A DNA stretch of 64,000 bases from Aeriscardovia sp. GTDB lineage: Bacteria > Actinomycetota > Actinomycetes > Actinomycetales > Bifidobacteriaceae. The notes beneath the pieces are model-generated. The model was not told where the DNA came from and searched no databases. It worked only from the letters and a program-made list of their open reading frames with translations. The translations under genes were made by a program, and so were the position numbers. The stretch spans positions 20,882-84,881 of the forward strand of contig JAFPUC010000004.1 in the NCBI GenBank assembly GCA_017413255.1. The letters are read 5' to 3'. Shown in pieces: positions 47,448 through 56,299 of this stretch (positions are counted from its first letter, which is position 1; each line of letters starts with the position of its first letter).

Positions 47448-48014
47448 TTACTTGGCTACATCTCCGACCGTTACGGACAAAGTAGCATGATCAGATCCGC
47501 TGCTTTGTGCTATCGTCTTTCCGCTTTCGCTGGCATCTATGGAAACCTTTGAAGAGCTAGAAGAGCTCTTAGAGGAGCTGCTGGAAGAAGAGCTAGAAGA
47601 GCTGGAAGGAGACTGGGCCTTGACGGAGACTACGACAGCATCCTGAGTGGCGTCGTACTTCTCAAGATCCTGGGAAACCTTGACATCCTCAGTCTTGGTC
47701 CAGTTATCGGTGAAGGTATAGCTTGTCTTGGTGCCGTTAATATCAACTGTGGCTACGGCAGGCCCGTTGGCAGTGGCCTTCATATCGATGACCTTGGTGA
47801 AAACCTTGGCAGCTTGTGCAGCCTGCTTTTCCTCAGCATGCTTTTCAGCCATTTTTTGCTGATCCTGGTACTCGTTGATCTTACGAGCCATGTAGACAGA
47901 AAAACCTACAATCAGGACGGCTACGGCCATAATTGACAAAACTAGAACCGCAACCCACTCTACTTTCGGCTCCTGAGCTTGAGGCTCAGTGCCTTGATTC
48001 CTGTCATCTGCCAT
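47448..48014 (-). CDS. Membrane-anchored hypothetical protein with a poly-serine tract
   Basis: The N-terminal TM helix is WVAVLVLSIMAVAVLIVGFSVYMA. It is followed by an extracytoplasmic domain and the tract SPSSSSSSSSSSSSKSSSSSSK. Confidence 0.6.
   Translation of the reverse strand: MADDRNQGTEPQAQEPKVEWVAVLVLSIMAVAVLIVGFSVYMARKINEYQDQQKMAEKHAEEKQAAQAAKVFTKVIDMKATANGPAVATVDINGTKTSYTFTDNWTKTEDVKVSQDLEKYDATQDAVVVSVKAQSPSSSSSSSSSSSSKSSSSSSKVSIDASESGKTIAQSSGSDHATLSVTVGDVAK
47549..47612 (-). repeat. Imperfect tandem 9-nt repeats (AGCTCTTCT-like) encoding the poly-Ser tract
   Basis: The minus strand reads tcc agc tct tct agc tct tct tcc agc agc tcc tct aag agc tct tct agc tct tca. Confidence 0.7.
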
Positions 48015-48150
48015 ATTTTCTCCTTATCTTTAGAAAAATAGAGCAAAAATAATACATTGTAATATTACCTTTTTAGGATCTCCTTTGTGTGTTTTTTTAC
48101 CGAAATCTAAAAAGTTAATTAATATTTAAGACTTAAACAAAGATTAAAGG

Positions 48151-48179
48151 TTGATATCCGCTTCTGTATTTGATATCAT
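48151..48179 (+). promoter_or_regulatory. Candidate sigma-70-type promoter for tRNA-Ser
   Basis: TTGATA (48151-48156), a 17-nt spacer and TATCAT (48174-48179), ending 27 nt before the tRNA 5' end. Confidence 0.35.
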
Positions 48180-48206
48180 AATTTCCACGGATGTATTCCG
48201 TTCTCT

Positions 48207-48293
48207 GGAGACCTGCCTGAGTGGTCGATAGGGGCACCCTGCTAAGGTGTTGGCGGCTCGTGCCGCCCGGGAGTTCGAATCTCCCGGTCTCCG
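48207..48293 (+). tRNA. tRNA-Ser (anticodon GCU)
   Basis: Hand-folded cloverleaf. The acceptor stem is GGAGACC/GGTCTCC and the anticodon loop is CTGCTAA. The long variable arm is GGCGGC-tcgt-GCCGCC and the T arm is GGGAG-TTCGAAT-CTCCC. No CCA is encoded. Confidence 0.9.
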
Positions 48294-48299
48294 CTTTTT

Positions 48300-48608
48300 T
48301 CAAGCTTTTTCTCCCCTCTTGGGGAGCTCGCTTACCCTTTTTGGATCCTTGTATACTTTCCCGGGTTCTTTTTCAGTTTCAAAAAAGGCCTCGCCTGCCT
48401 CTTCAAACCATTTCCAATCTCCGGGAAGGCTGTCTTGATAAAAGATAGCCTGTACCGGGCATACAGCTTCACAGGCTCCGCAGTCTATGCATTCGTCCGG
48501 ATTGATATACATCATCCTTTCGCCTTCATAAATGCACTCTACGGGACACACTTCCAGGCACGCCTTATCTTTTACGTCTACGCAGGGATAAGCGATAACG
48601 TACGTCAT
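48300..48608 (-). CDS. fdxA: 7Fe ferredoxin (3Fe-4S plus 4Fe-4S)
   Basis: [29 protein letters not shown] and [16 protein letters not shown] cluster motifs. Confidence 0.9.
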   Translation of the reverse strand: MTYVIAYPCVDVKDKACLEVCPVECIYEGERMMYINPDECIDCGACEAVCPVQAIFYQDSLPGDWKWFEEAGEAFFETEKEPGKVYKDPKRVSELPKRGEKA

Positions 48609-49750
48609 TTTTGCTCCAATCCTATAAGGACCGGCTCAAGAGCCAAATCTATCTCAAATTTATCCCAAACTGCTTTTCTTATTTTTTCTGCCAGATCCAT
48701 TACATCACTGCTAGTAGCCGATCCTCTATTGGTAATGGCTAGGGCATGGCAGGTAGAAAGGGCGACTTTTGCGTTCGGATCTTTTTGCAGAGGGTAGCCC
48801 TTTTTAAATCCTGCTTGCTCTATGAGCCAAGCTGCCGAAAGTTTTACTTTGTCTTGTGAAGGAAATCTCGGAGCATCCTGGGGGAGCAAAGCCGCTTTTT
48901 CAGGCGAAACTACAGGATTGGTAAAGAAACTTCCGCAGCTCGCCCTGTCCGGGTTTGGATCGTCGGGAAGAGAACTGCCCTTTAAACGCTCAGGCATCAT
49001 ATCGGCCATCAATTTGGATTTGTAGCGGACAGGATCTTCTAGCATATTTTTTATTCCTCTTACGCACAGCACCGCCCTTCTTATATCCCAAAGTTTTTCT
49101 ACAGTGCCCATTGGCTTTTTAAGGTATTCGGCTATGCTCCCGTACTTTATTGGGGCAAAGTTATTGGAAGAAAGGCGAAAAAGGGCGGAAAGGACTATGA
49201 AACGGGAATTTGGTGCGTAAGGCGGCTGGGACTTAATGTCTTCCTTGATCAAAGAGGTGCGGTAAGAAAATTCCATGGAATCTCGATTTAGGACCCTGAC
49301 TTCCTTTTTCTCCCTGTCCCACACTTCAACTTCTTTTACGCTTTCGGACACTTCGCTGCCGTAGGCCCCGATATTTTGCACCACTGCAGCGCCCACAGTG
49401 CCGGGAATGCCGGATAGATTCTCTACCCCCTGCAGCCCAAGTTGGACGCATATCTTTACAAAGTCATCCCAAATCACTCCAGCATCAGCCCTAAGGAAGG
49501 CTTTGCCATTTTCCTTTGTTAGGCACTCAACTCTCCCAAACCTTGTCCTTATGACAGTTTCGGCAAACGGCGCATCCGACGCCAAAGTATTAGATCCAGA
49601 GCCGATTATGAACAGGGGCCCGCTTTCCTCCCTAAGAAGGTCTACGAAGCTGGATTTAGTGGCCGGCTGAAAGAAACGCTCTATGCAGCCCCCGACCTTC
49701 ATGGTAGTTAATTCGGAAAACTTTGCATTTTTACAGAAAGATTTTCTCAT
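48605..49750 (-). CDS. murB: UDP-N-acetylenolpyruvoylglucosamine reductase
   Basis: FAD-binding domain motifs [15 protein letters not shown] and [18 protein letters not shown]. The protein is 381 aa. Confidence 0.9.
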   Translation of the reverse strand: MRKSFCKNAKFSELTTMKVGGCIERFFQPATKSSFVDLLREESGPLFIIGSGSNTLASDAPFAETVIRTRFGRVECLTKENGKAFLRADAGVIWDDFVKICVQLGLQGVENLSGIPGTVGAAVVQNIGAYGSEVSESVKEVEVWDREKKEVRVLNRDSMEFSYRTSLIKEDIKSQPPYAPNSRFIVLSALFRLSSNNFAPIKYGSIAEYLKKPMGTVEKLWDIRRAVLCVRGIKNMLEDPVRYKSKLMADMMPERLKGSSLPDDPNPDRASCGSFFTNPVVSPEKAALLPQDAPRFPSQDKVKLSAAWLIEQAGFKKGYPLQKDPNAKVALSTCHALAITNRGSATSSDVMDLAEKIRKAVWDKFEIDLALEPVLIGLEQK

Positions 49751-49773
49751 TTCTCGCCTGCATGAAAAGATAC

Positions 49774-49800
49774 AAAAAAACCGGCCTCAGCAGGGCCGGG
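49774..49800 (-). terminator. Rho-independent terminator downstream of rpmG
   Basis: The minus strand reads CCGGCCCTGCTGAGGCCGG followed by TTTTTTT. Confidence 0.55.
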
Positions 49801-49811
49801 AGGGATGGCTC

Positions 49812-49982
49812 TTAACGAGTCTCCTTGTGAACCGTAGAGGTCTTGCAGCGCGGACAATATTTCTTGAGCTCAAGCCTGTCGGGCGTATTCCTGCGGTTCT
49901 TCTTGGTTATGTAGTTGCGCTCTTTGCACTGTGTGCACGCCAGCGTTACCTTAGGGCGAATATCACTATTCTTGCTTGCCAT
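49812..49982 (-). CDS. rpmG: 50S ribosomal protein L33 (zinc-ribbon form)
   Basis: Below the ORF-track size cutoff. My translation is [56 protein letters not shown]. Confidence 0.9.
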   Translation of the reverse strand: MASKNSDIRPKVTLACTQCKERNYITKKNRRNTPDRLELKKYCPRCKTSTVHKETR

Positions 49983-50015
49983 CTATGCCTCTTGAACAAC
50001 TTGATGATTCAAAAG

Positions 50016-50089
50016 TAGCGGGAAGGAGACTCGGACTCCTGACCTTACGATTATGAGTCGTACGCTCTAGCCAGCTGAGCTATCCCGCC
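50016..50089 (-). tRNA. tRNA-Met (anticodon CAU, elongator-like; an Ile2/lysidine identity cannot be excluded)
   Basis: Cloverleaf GGCGGGA..GCTC-AGCTGGCTA-GAGC..TACGA-CTCATAA-TCGTA..AGGAG-TCCGAGT-CTCCT..TCCCGCT-A. Confidence 0.85.
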
Positions 50090-50094
50090 ATAAG

Positions 50095-50166
50095 AGCCTC
50101 AGGTGAGAATCGGACTCACGATCTCCTCCTTACCAAGGAGGTGCTCTACCACTGAGCCACTGAGGC
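50095..50166 (-). tRNA. tRNA-Thr (anticodon GGU)
   Basis: Cloverleaf GCCTCAG..GCTC-AGTGGTA-GAGC..CCTCC-TTGGTAA-GGAGG..GTGAG-TCCGATT-CTCAC..CTGAGGC-T. Confidence 0.9.
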
Positions 50167-50167
50167 G

Positions 50168-50248
50168 TGGTGGGTGCAGGATTTGAACCTGCGAAGCTTC
50201 CGCGGCTGATTTACAGTCAGCTCCCTTTGACCACTTGGGAAACCCACC
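50168..50248 (-). tRNA. tRNA-Tyr (anticodon GUA)
   Basis: Acceptor stem GGTGGGT/ACCCACC, anticodon arm GCTGA-CTGTAAA-TCAGC, a long variable arm, and T arm GCAGG-TTCAAAT-CCTGC. Confidence 0.9.
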
Positions 50249-50361
50249 ATTGCACTCGAAAGTGTACTTTGATATTAAAACATATGCAACAAAAAGTATC
50301 AAGTACCTAAATACTTGAAATAGAGAGAAATTAGTGTAAAAATTGCCGAAGTGCTATGCAC

Positions 50362-50447
50362 TGGTTGAATGTCTGAGTGGTCTAAAGAGTACGCCTCGAA
50401 AGCGTATGAAGCCCATGGCTTCCGGGAGTTCGAATCTCCCTTCAACC
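50362..50447 (+). tRNA. tRNA-Ser (anticodon CGA)
   Basis: Acceptor stem GGTTGAA/TTCAACC, anticodon arm TACGC-CTCGAAA-GCGTA, long variable arm GAAGCC-catg-GCTTC, and T arm GGGAG-TTCGAAT-CTCCC. Confidence 0.9.
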
Positions 50448-51266
50448 GCCGATTTCCTCCCTCCGCCTCACGGCCCTGGTAGCATGAGCCCGCTCTTCTA
50501 GCATTTCATCTTCAGGGTACTCCACTTTTTCAAGCGTTAAACCGTGTGAGGGGGCCAGGGGCGGAAAATCCCTAGAGGAAGAGAATTTTTCCAAAAACCA
50601 GCTTTCAGGTTTTTTGTTAGCTGCTACATAGATTTGTGCCCCTACCAAAAAGCGCACCATCTTACGGGCAAAAGCATCCGAGCGTATTGTAAATTCAATA
50701 ATTCCTTTTTCCGGGCCTTTTTCTATTTCTTTCCAACTTGCCGCTTCAACTTTTCTTATAGTCGTCCCCCCGGGATTTGGGAGGGCAAAGGACGCAAAGT
50801 CTTTTAGACCCACAATATTGGAGGCAAGAGAATTTAAAAGCTTCAAATCTGGAATGAAATTTAAATCCCAGACAAATCCGTTAAGCATAAGCGATCTCGA
50901 GCTCCGGCCACATGAACATCTGTAAATATAGGTGCGGCTGAGAGCTGAGAAACGGGCATCAAATCCGGATGGAGCCTGCTCTATTTTTCTTATAACCACA
51001 TCTTTTTCCAGGAGGCAGTTTATCCGGTTTGTAAGGTAAGAAAAATCTGAGAGCTTTCCTTCGAGAACGGGAAGATCTGCATGAAAAATTTGTCCATTTG
51101 CATGCACTCCGGCGTCGGTTCTGCCCGCTGCCTGAATTTTTATTTCTGACCTTAAAATCGTAAAAAGAGCTTGCTCTATTTCTCCTTCTACCGTTCTCTG
51201 CCCTTTTTGCTTGGCCCAACCGTGGAAAGAGGAACCGTTATAAGAGCATTCAGCCTTTATTCGCAT
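50442..51266 (-). CDS. truA: tRNA pseudouridine(38-40) synthase
   Basis: MRIKAECSYNGSSFHGWAKQ and the catalytic GRTDAGVHA motif. Confidence 0.9.
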   Translation of the reverse strand: MRIKAECSYNGSSFHGWAKQKGQRTVEGEIEQALFTILRSEIKIQAAGRTDAGVHANGQIFHADLPVLEGKLSDFSYLTNRINCLLEKDVVIRKIEQAPSGFDARFSALSRTYIYRCSCGRSSRSLMLNGFVWDLNFIPDLKLLNSLASNIVGLKDFASFALPNPGGTTIRKVEAASWKEIEKGPEKGIIEFTIRSDAFARKMVRFLVGAQIYVAANKKPESWFLEKFSSSRDFPPLAPSHGLTLEKVEYPEDEMLEERAHATRAVRRREEIGG

Positions 51267-51275
51267 GATTCAATA

Positions 51276-51302
51276 ATAAAAAAGGGGGGATTTACCCCCC
51301 AA
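51276..51302 (-). terminator. Rho-independent terminator after rplQ
   Basis: The minus strand reads GGGGGG-taaat-CCCCCC followed by TTTTT. The T-tail ends about 10 nt before the truA ATG. Confidence 0.6.
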
Positions 51303-51314
51303 AGAAGAGAAAAA

Positions 51315-51863
51315 TTACTTCTCCTCTTCGCTCTTTTCCTTTGCAGATTCAGCTTCAGCCTCAGACTTCTCCTCAGCTTCTTTTGCCGTTTCTTCCTTCA
51401 CTGCTTCTCCAGCCTCTTCCATGGGTTCTTCTTCTCCCACGGCTGCGGCATCTTCTGCCAGTTTCACTGCAGTTTCCGCTTCCTTAAGTGAAGCGTTCTT
51501 GGGGCTCTCAGTGGTTACGAGGCTGATGATGGCCATGGGGGCATTGTCTCCGGTGCGCGGGGAAATCTTGATTATCCTCGTATAACCGCCTTCGCGCCCT
51601 TCCATGCGGTCAGCAATGCTGGTGAAAAGCTTATGCACTACAGATTTGTCGCGGATGAAGCGCATTACCCTTCTGCGATCGGCAAGAGTGCCCCCCTTAG
51701 CGAAGGTTATGAGCCTTTCGGCCAGAGGCTGGAGCCTCTTGGCGCGCGGCAGAGTGGTAGTTATCTGCTCGTGCTTGAAAAGGCTGGTGGCCATATTGGC
51801 GAGCATGAGCCTCTCATGAGCCGGACTCGAGGCCAGGCGCGGCCCTTTTTTCGGTTGTGGCAT
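51315..51863 (-). CDS. rplQ: 50S ribosomal protein L17 (with an acidic C-terminal extension)
   Basis: [24 protein letters not shown]... The conserved L17 core is followed by a ~60-aa Glu/Ala/Lys-rich tail. Confidence 0.95.
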   Translation of the reverse strand: MPQPKKGPRLASSPAHERLMLANMATSLFKHEQITTTLPRAKRLQPLAERLITFAKGGTLADRRRVMRFIRDKSVVHKLFTSIADRMEGREGGYTRIIKISPRTGDNAPMAIISLVTTESPKNASLKEAETAVKLAEDAAAVGEEEPMEEAGEAVKEETAKEAEEKSEAEAESAKEKSEEEK

Positions 51864-51881
51864 TATCTCTCCTTTTAGAGA

Positions 51882-52895
51882 CTACATATTCTCATCGTTA
51901 TCTTCTGGACTGTCCGGACTATAGAAAGACACATCCTTTTCAAGGTTTCTTCTATCGAAGCCCTCAGAGGATGCCCTAAGAGACAAGCCCAATTCAGCCA
52001 GCTTTTCCTTGAGTTCGTCTACAGATTTAATTCCGAAGTTGCGAATCTCCAGGAGGTCCTGCTCGCTGTGACTGATCAACTGCTCTACAGTCAAGATCCC
52101 CTCTCGCCTCAGGCAGTTGTAAGAGCGCTGGGTCAAATTGAGGTTTTCTATGGGTATAACGTTCTGTCCGTTATAAGGGCTGCGCGCCGCCCCCAATTCC
52201 ACTCCCTCTGCAGAGCTGTTAAGGTCCTTGCACAGGCCGAAAAGCTCTACAAGGGTAGATCCGGCAGAGGCCATGGCATCTCTGGGGGAGATGGAGCTCT
52301 TGGTTTCCACGTCCATTATCAGGCGGTCAAAATCTGTGCGCTGCTCGACTCTGGTGGCCTCAACTTTATAGCTAACCTTCAAAACGGGGGAATAGATTGA
52401 ATCTATCGGGATTCGTCCGATTTCCTGGCCTTCCTGCTCATTCATCTCGGCAGAGACGTACCCTCTCCCCCTTTCCACCGTAAACTCCATTTCAAGGGAG
52501 CCGTCTTCAGCCAAAGTGGCAAGATGGTGATCAGGATTGCATATGCTTACCCCTGCTGGCGGAGTAATGTCTCCAGCCTTCACTTCTCCAGGGCCGCTTT
52601 TGTGCAGATACATCACCACGGGTTCGTCATACTCATTTGTCAGGGCTATGCCCTTGATGTTCAAAATAAGTTCTGTCACGTCTTCCTTAACGCCCTGGAT
52701 AGTGGAAAACTCGTGAAGGACGTTTGCAATGCGGATGGAAGTGACAGCCGCCCCGGGAATGGAGCTCAAAAGGACCCTGCGTAGCGAATTGCCCAAAGTG
52801 TAGCCAAATCCAGGCTCCAGTGGCTCAATGGTAAAGCGTGATCGTTGGGGACTAAGTACTTCCTCAGTCACCTTCGGACGTTGTGCAATAAGCAC
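51882..52895 (-). CDS. rpoA: DNA-directed RNA polymerase subunit alpha
   Basis: [28 protein letters not shown], plus a C-terminal domain ([16 protein letters not shown]). The start is GTG, with AAAGGA upstream. Confidence 0.95.
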   Translation of the reverse strand: MLIAQRPKVTEEVLSPQRSRFTIEPLEPGFGYTLGNSLRRVLLSSIPGAAVTSIRIANVLHEFSTIQGVKEDVTELILNIKGIALTNEYDEPVVMYLHKSGPGEVKAGDITPPAGVSICNPDHHLATLAEDGSLEMEFTVERGRGYVSAEMNEQEGQEIGRIPIDSIYSPVLKVSYKVEATRVEQRTDFDRLIMDVETKSSISPRDAMASAGSTLVELFGLCKDLNSSAEGVELGAARSPYNGQNVIPIENLNLTQRSYNCLRREGILTVEQLISHSEQDLLEIRNFGIKSVDELKEKLAELGLSLRASSEGFDRRNLEKDVSFYSPDSPEDNDENM

Positions 52896-52965
52896 CTTTT
52901 CAATCCTTTCGATCTAGACCGGATACGGGCCGGCCTGTATTTTTGCCAGATTTTTCTCGTCTAAT

Positions 52966-53364
52966 TTAGACACGACGGCGCTTCGGGGGCCTTACGCCGT
53001 TGTAGGCTTGGGGAGTTACATCGGTTATGGATCCCACTTCCAGGCCTGCAGACTGAAGGGAGCGAATGGCGGTTTCCCTGCCGGATCCCGGACCCTTCAC
53101 AAATACGTCGACTTTCCTGACGCCCTGCTCCATAGCCTTTCGGGCGGCAGCTTCAGCTACCATGCCGGCTGCAAAAGGAGTGGATTTACGCGAACCCTTG
53201 AAGCCGACGTCTCCACCCGTCGCCCATGCCAAAACGGCTCCGGAAGGATCGGTGATGGAGACTATAGTGTTGTTAAAAGTAGATTTGATGTGCGCCTGCC
53301 CAATGGGTACGGACTTGTGGACCCTACGCTTTGTCTTGTGCACAGATTGTTTAGAAGTAGCCAT
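52966..53364 (-). CDS. rpsK: 30S ribosomal protein S11
   Basis: [26 protein letters not shown]...[13 protein letters not shown]. Confidence 0.95.
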   Translation of the reverse strand: MATSKQSVHKTKRRVHKSVPIGQAHIKSTFNNTIVSITDPSGAVLAWATGGDVGFKGSRKSTPFAAGMVAEAAARKAMEQGVRKVDVFVKGPGSGRETAIRSLQSAGLEVGSITDVTPQAYNGVRPPKRRRV

Positions 53365-53391
53365 TAATCCTCAATTCCAATTGCCAACTAA

Positions 53392-53769
53392 TTACTTTGT
53401 GGCTTTCTTCTTACCAGCCACGGTATGCCTTACGCCCTTGCGAGTACGGGCGTTTGTCTTGGTGCGCTGTCCGCGCACGGGCAGGTGGTGCCTCCAACGG
53501 AGGCCCTGATAGCAATTGATTTGGATCTTGCGGCGTATGTCAGCCTCTACTTCTCGACGAAGGTCGCCTTCTATCTTGTAGTTGTTTTCAAGATAGTCGC
53601 GCAGGGCGATTAGTTGATCTTCGGTGAGATCCTTCACGCGGGTATCGGGATTTACCCCGGTAGCTTCCAAAGTCTCTTTGGCTCGCGTGCGCCCTATGCC
53701 ATAGATGTAGGTGAGGGCGATTTCGATCCTTTTTCCATTGGGGATATCAACTCCGGCAAGACGTGCCAT
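53392..53769 (-). CDS. rpsM: 30S ribosomal protein S13
   Basis: [26 protein letters not shown]... Confidence 0.95.
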   Translation of the reverse strand: MARLAGVDIPNGKRIEIALTYIYGIGRTRAKETLEATGVNPDTRVKDLTEDQLIALRDYLENNYKIEGDLRREVEADIRRKIQINCYQGLRWRHHLPVRGQRTKTNARTRKGVRHTVAGKKKATK

Positions 53770-53904
53770 TTCGTTGTCTTTCCTGTATACGGAGGTTATG
53801 CACCAACCTTCCGCTTATAAGCGGCTCAAGCCTCCGTGCCTGAGGTACAAAAAGGCAAACGCCCTTTAAGCGGTTGATGCCCTATTTTCGCAAAACGCGA
53901 AAGC

Positions 53905-54018
53905 TTATCCTTGCCTCTGTTTGTGGCGCGGATTGGTACAAATCACCATGACTATGCCATGGCGGCGAATTATGCGGCAATGGCTGCAAATTCGTTTGAC
54001 ACTCGGTTTGACTTTCAT
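53905..54018 (-). CDS. rpmJ: 50S ribosomal protein L36
   Basis: Below the ORF-track cutoff. My translation is [37 protein letters not shown]. Confidence 0.9.
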   Translation of the reverse strand: MKVKPSVKRICSHCRIIRRHGIVMVICTNPRHKQRQG

Positions 54019-54028
54019 GGGTTTACCC

Positions 54029-54247
54029 TTACTTGTAACGATAAGTGATGCGTCCACGAGTCAGATCGTAGGGGCTCATTTCTATTACCACCCTGTCTTG
54101 AGGAAGTATGCGGATATAGTTCTTTCTTACCTTACCCGAGATGGTGGCGAGCACTACATGCTTATTTTCAAGTTCTACTCGAAACATCGCATTTGGGAGA
54201 GCCTCCACAACTCTTCCCTCAACCTCTATCACACCATCTTTCGACAT
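54029..54247 (-). CDS. infA: Translation initiation factor IF-1
   Basis: [53 protein letters not shown]... Confidence 0.95.
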   Translation of the reverse strand: MSKDGVIEVEGRVVEALPNAMFRVELENKHVVLATISGKVRKNYIRILPQDRVVIEMSPYDLTRGRITYRYK

Positions 54248-54317
54248 ATTCCCTCGCAGTTTCCGAAAAGAGTTCTACGTGTACACACACTCCTAAGTAA
54301 TTCTACCATAAAAAATA

Positions 54318-54893
54318 CTAATTTTCTATAGCCTTGCGAATGTCTTTCGTGACAGTGGAAATGTCCCCCTGTGCATCAACTTTCCTAAGAAGGCCCTTCT
54401 GGGCGTAATAGTCAATCAGGGGCTTGGTTTCCCTGGCGTAAATTGCAAGCCTTTCAGCTATAGCTTCGGGCTTGTCGTCGCTCCGGCCCTCTTCGCGAAT
54501 GCGCTTTTGAATTCGGCTGGCTATAAGCTCGCTGTCAGCTTCCAGAAGAATTACCGCATCGAGTTTTTGGCCGTTCTTTTTAAGCCACTTATCCAGATCT
54601 TCGCTCTGCTTTGCATTCCTGGGATATCCGTCTAAAATCCATCCATTCTTTGCATCGGGCTGGCTGAGGCGGTCGAATACCATTTCGCTGGTTATTTCAT
54701 CCGGCACCAGTTCGCCCTTTTCTATATATGCAGACACCTTTTTCCCGAGATCGGTTTTTTCGGATATGTTCTTACGGAAGATTTCCCCGGTGGAGATGTG
54801 GGGTATGTCGTAAATGCGGGCCAGATCTTCCGACTGAGTCCCCTTGCCCACGCCCTGGGGCCCCATGATTATTAAGTTCATTTTTCCTTTCAT
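54318..54893 (-). CDS. adk: Adenylate kinase
   Basis: MNLIIMGPQGVGKGTQ P-loop. The upstream ATG makes an ATGA overlap with the secY stop. An alternative start lies at 54881. Confidence 0.95.
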   Translation of the reverse strand: MKGKMNLIIMGPQGVGKGTQSEDLARIYDIPHISTGEIFRKNISEKTDLGKKVSAYIEKGELVPDEITSEMVFDRLSQPDAKNGWILDGYPRNAKQSEDLDKWLKKNGQKLDAVILLEADSELIASRIQKRIREEGRSDDKPEAIAERLAIYARETKPLIDYYAQKGLLRKVDAQGDISTVTKDIRKAIEN

Positions 54894-56224
54894 TCGCTTT
54901 CGACGGGAATCGATTCAGAAGGTACGGGCTTTGGCACCAAAAAGCCCTTGTATTGGAACTGCCTCACCTGGGCGGCGGCCTGGCGCAGGGTATCCAATCC
55001 CACGCCGGCGATAATGAGAATGGTAGTCCCTCCGAAGGGCAGACTGCTTCCCAGGTTTAACGCCCTTATGAGCATGGTTGGAATAAGGCACACAAACAGT
55101 AAATAGATAGATCCCACCGTATCCAGTCGGTTCATCACAAAGGACAAGTATCTACTGGTCTCATAGCCTGCCCTTATCCCTGGAACGAAGCCTCCGTACT
55201 CCTTCATGTCGTCTGCAATGTCATTGCTGTTAAACGTAATGGAGGCGTAGAAGAAGGTAAAGAAGATAATCATAAAGGCATACAGCACTATGTACCAAGC
55301 CGACGTCGTCACTCCAAGATTCCTGTCTACCCACTTCACCCAGCTCTGTTTGGTATTTCCAAATTGGGCTATCAAGGTAGGAATGGCAAGAATAGAAGAG
55401 GCGAAGATGGGGGGTATAACGCCCGACATGTTTATCTTCAAAGGTATGTAGGTCGAAGTCCCCCCATACATCTTCCTGCCTATCATGCGCCTTGTGTACT
55501 GTACAGGCACCCTTCTTTGCGATTGCTCTACGAAAATAACGAAGATTATTACGGCAATTAATACAGCCAAAACTATTGAGAATTCGAGCCAGTTGTCATA
55601 ACGGCCAATATCCCAAAGCTTTGGAAGGAAGCCGGCGCAGATAGAGACGAAAATGAGCACGCTCATTCCCTGGCCTATACCTTTTTCGGTAATAAGCTCT
55701 GCCATCCACATTATTAGTCCGGTTCCACCCGTCATAACCAGCACCATCAAAATAAGGGAGAAGATGGAGCTGTTGGGAATTACGCTTTGAGAACAGGAGT
55801 AGTCGAATAACGCTCCGCTTCTGGCTGTGACTATTATGGTGGCAGACTGCAAGATAGCCAGCCCTATAGTCATATACCTGGTGTACTGGGTGAGTTTAGC
55901 TTCTCCAGCCTGACCTTCCCGGTGCAAAGCCTCAAAGCGCGGTATCACGGCCCTTAAAAGCTCTACCACAATAGAGGCCGTTATATAGGGCATAATTCCC
56001 AGCGCAAAGACTGAAAGCTGCAAAAGGGAGCCTCCAGAGAACAAATTGATGAGACTAACGAAATTAATGCTTGAAGTCTTGGCTAAGCAGGCACGAATCA
56101 CCCTATAGTCCACTCCGGGGGTCGGAATGTAGGCGCCGATGCGATAGATGATTATTATGCCTATGGTAAAAAGGATCTTATTTCTCAGCTCTTTGGTGCG
56201 AAAGGCCTGGATCAGCGTCCTCAA
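54890..56224 (-). CDS. secY: Preprotein translocase subunit SecY
   Basis: 444-aa polytopic protein beginning (M)RTLIQAFRTKELRNKILFT. The start is TTG, preceded by AGGAGA. Confidence 0.95.
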   Translation of the reverse strand: MRTLIQAFRTKELRNKILFTIGIIIIYRIGAYIPTPGVDYRVIRACLAKTSSINFVSLINLFSGGSLLQLSVFALGIMPYITASIVVELLRAVIPRFEALHREGQAGEAKLTQYTRYMTIGLAILQSATIIVTARSGALFDYSCSQSVIPNSSIFSLILMVLVMTGGTGLIMWMAELITEKGIGQGMSVLIFVSICAGFLPKLWDIGRYDNWLEFSIVLAVLIAVIIFVIFVEQSQRRVPVQYTRRMIGRKMYGGTSTYIPLKINMSGVIPPIFASSILAIPTLIAQFGNTKQSWVKWVDRNLGVTTSAWYIVLYAFMIIFFTFFYASITFNSNDIADDMKEYGGFVPGIRAGYETSRYLSFVMNRLDTVGSIYLLFVCLIPTMLIRALNLGSSLPFGGTTILIIAGVGLDTLRQAAAQVRQFQYKGFLVPKPVPSESIPVESE

Positions 56225-56299
56225 ATTCTCTCCTAATTATTTGGATTAAAAACATAAAAACTCCCGCCAGTTTTAAAACTATAACGAGAGTCTTTAGAT

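Noticed and set aside
46027-48293. A possible genomic island integrated at tRNA-Ser(GCU), comprising the DUF2974 hydrolase, the small membrane protein and the Ser-rich protein.
   Set aside because: I saw no integrase or recombinase, and no direct repeat of the tRNA 3' end at a distal boundary. The composition of these genes is close to the background. Only the helicase-nuclease pair further left is clearly AT-shifted.
50099-50302. 67-aa minus-strand ORF.
   Set aside because: It is composed of the tRNA-Thr and tRNA-Tyr genes read as protein.
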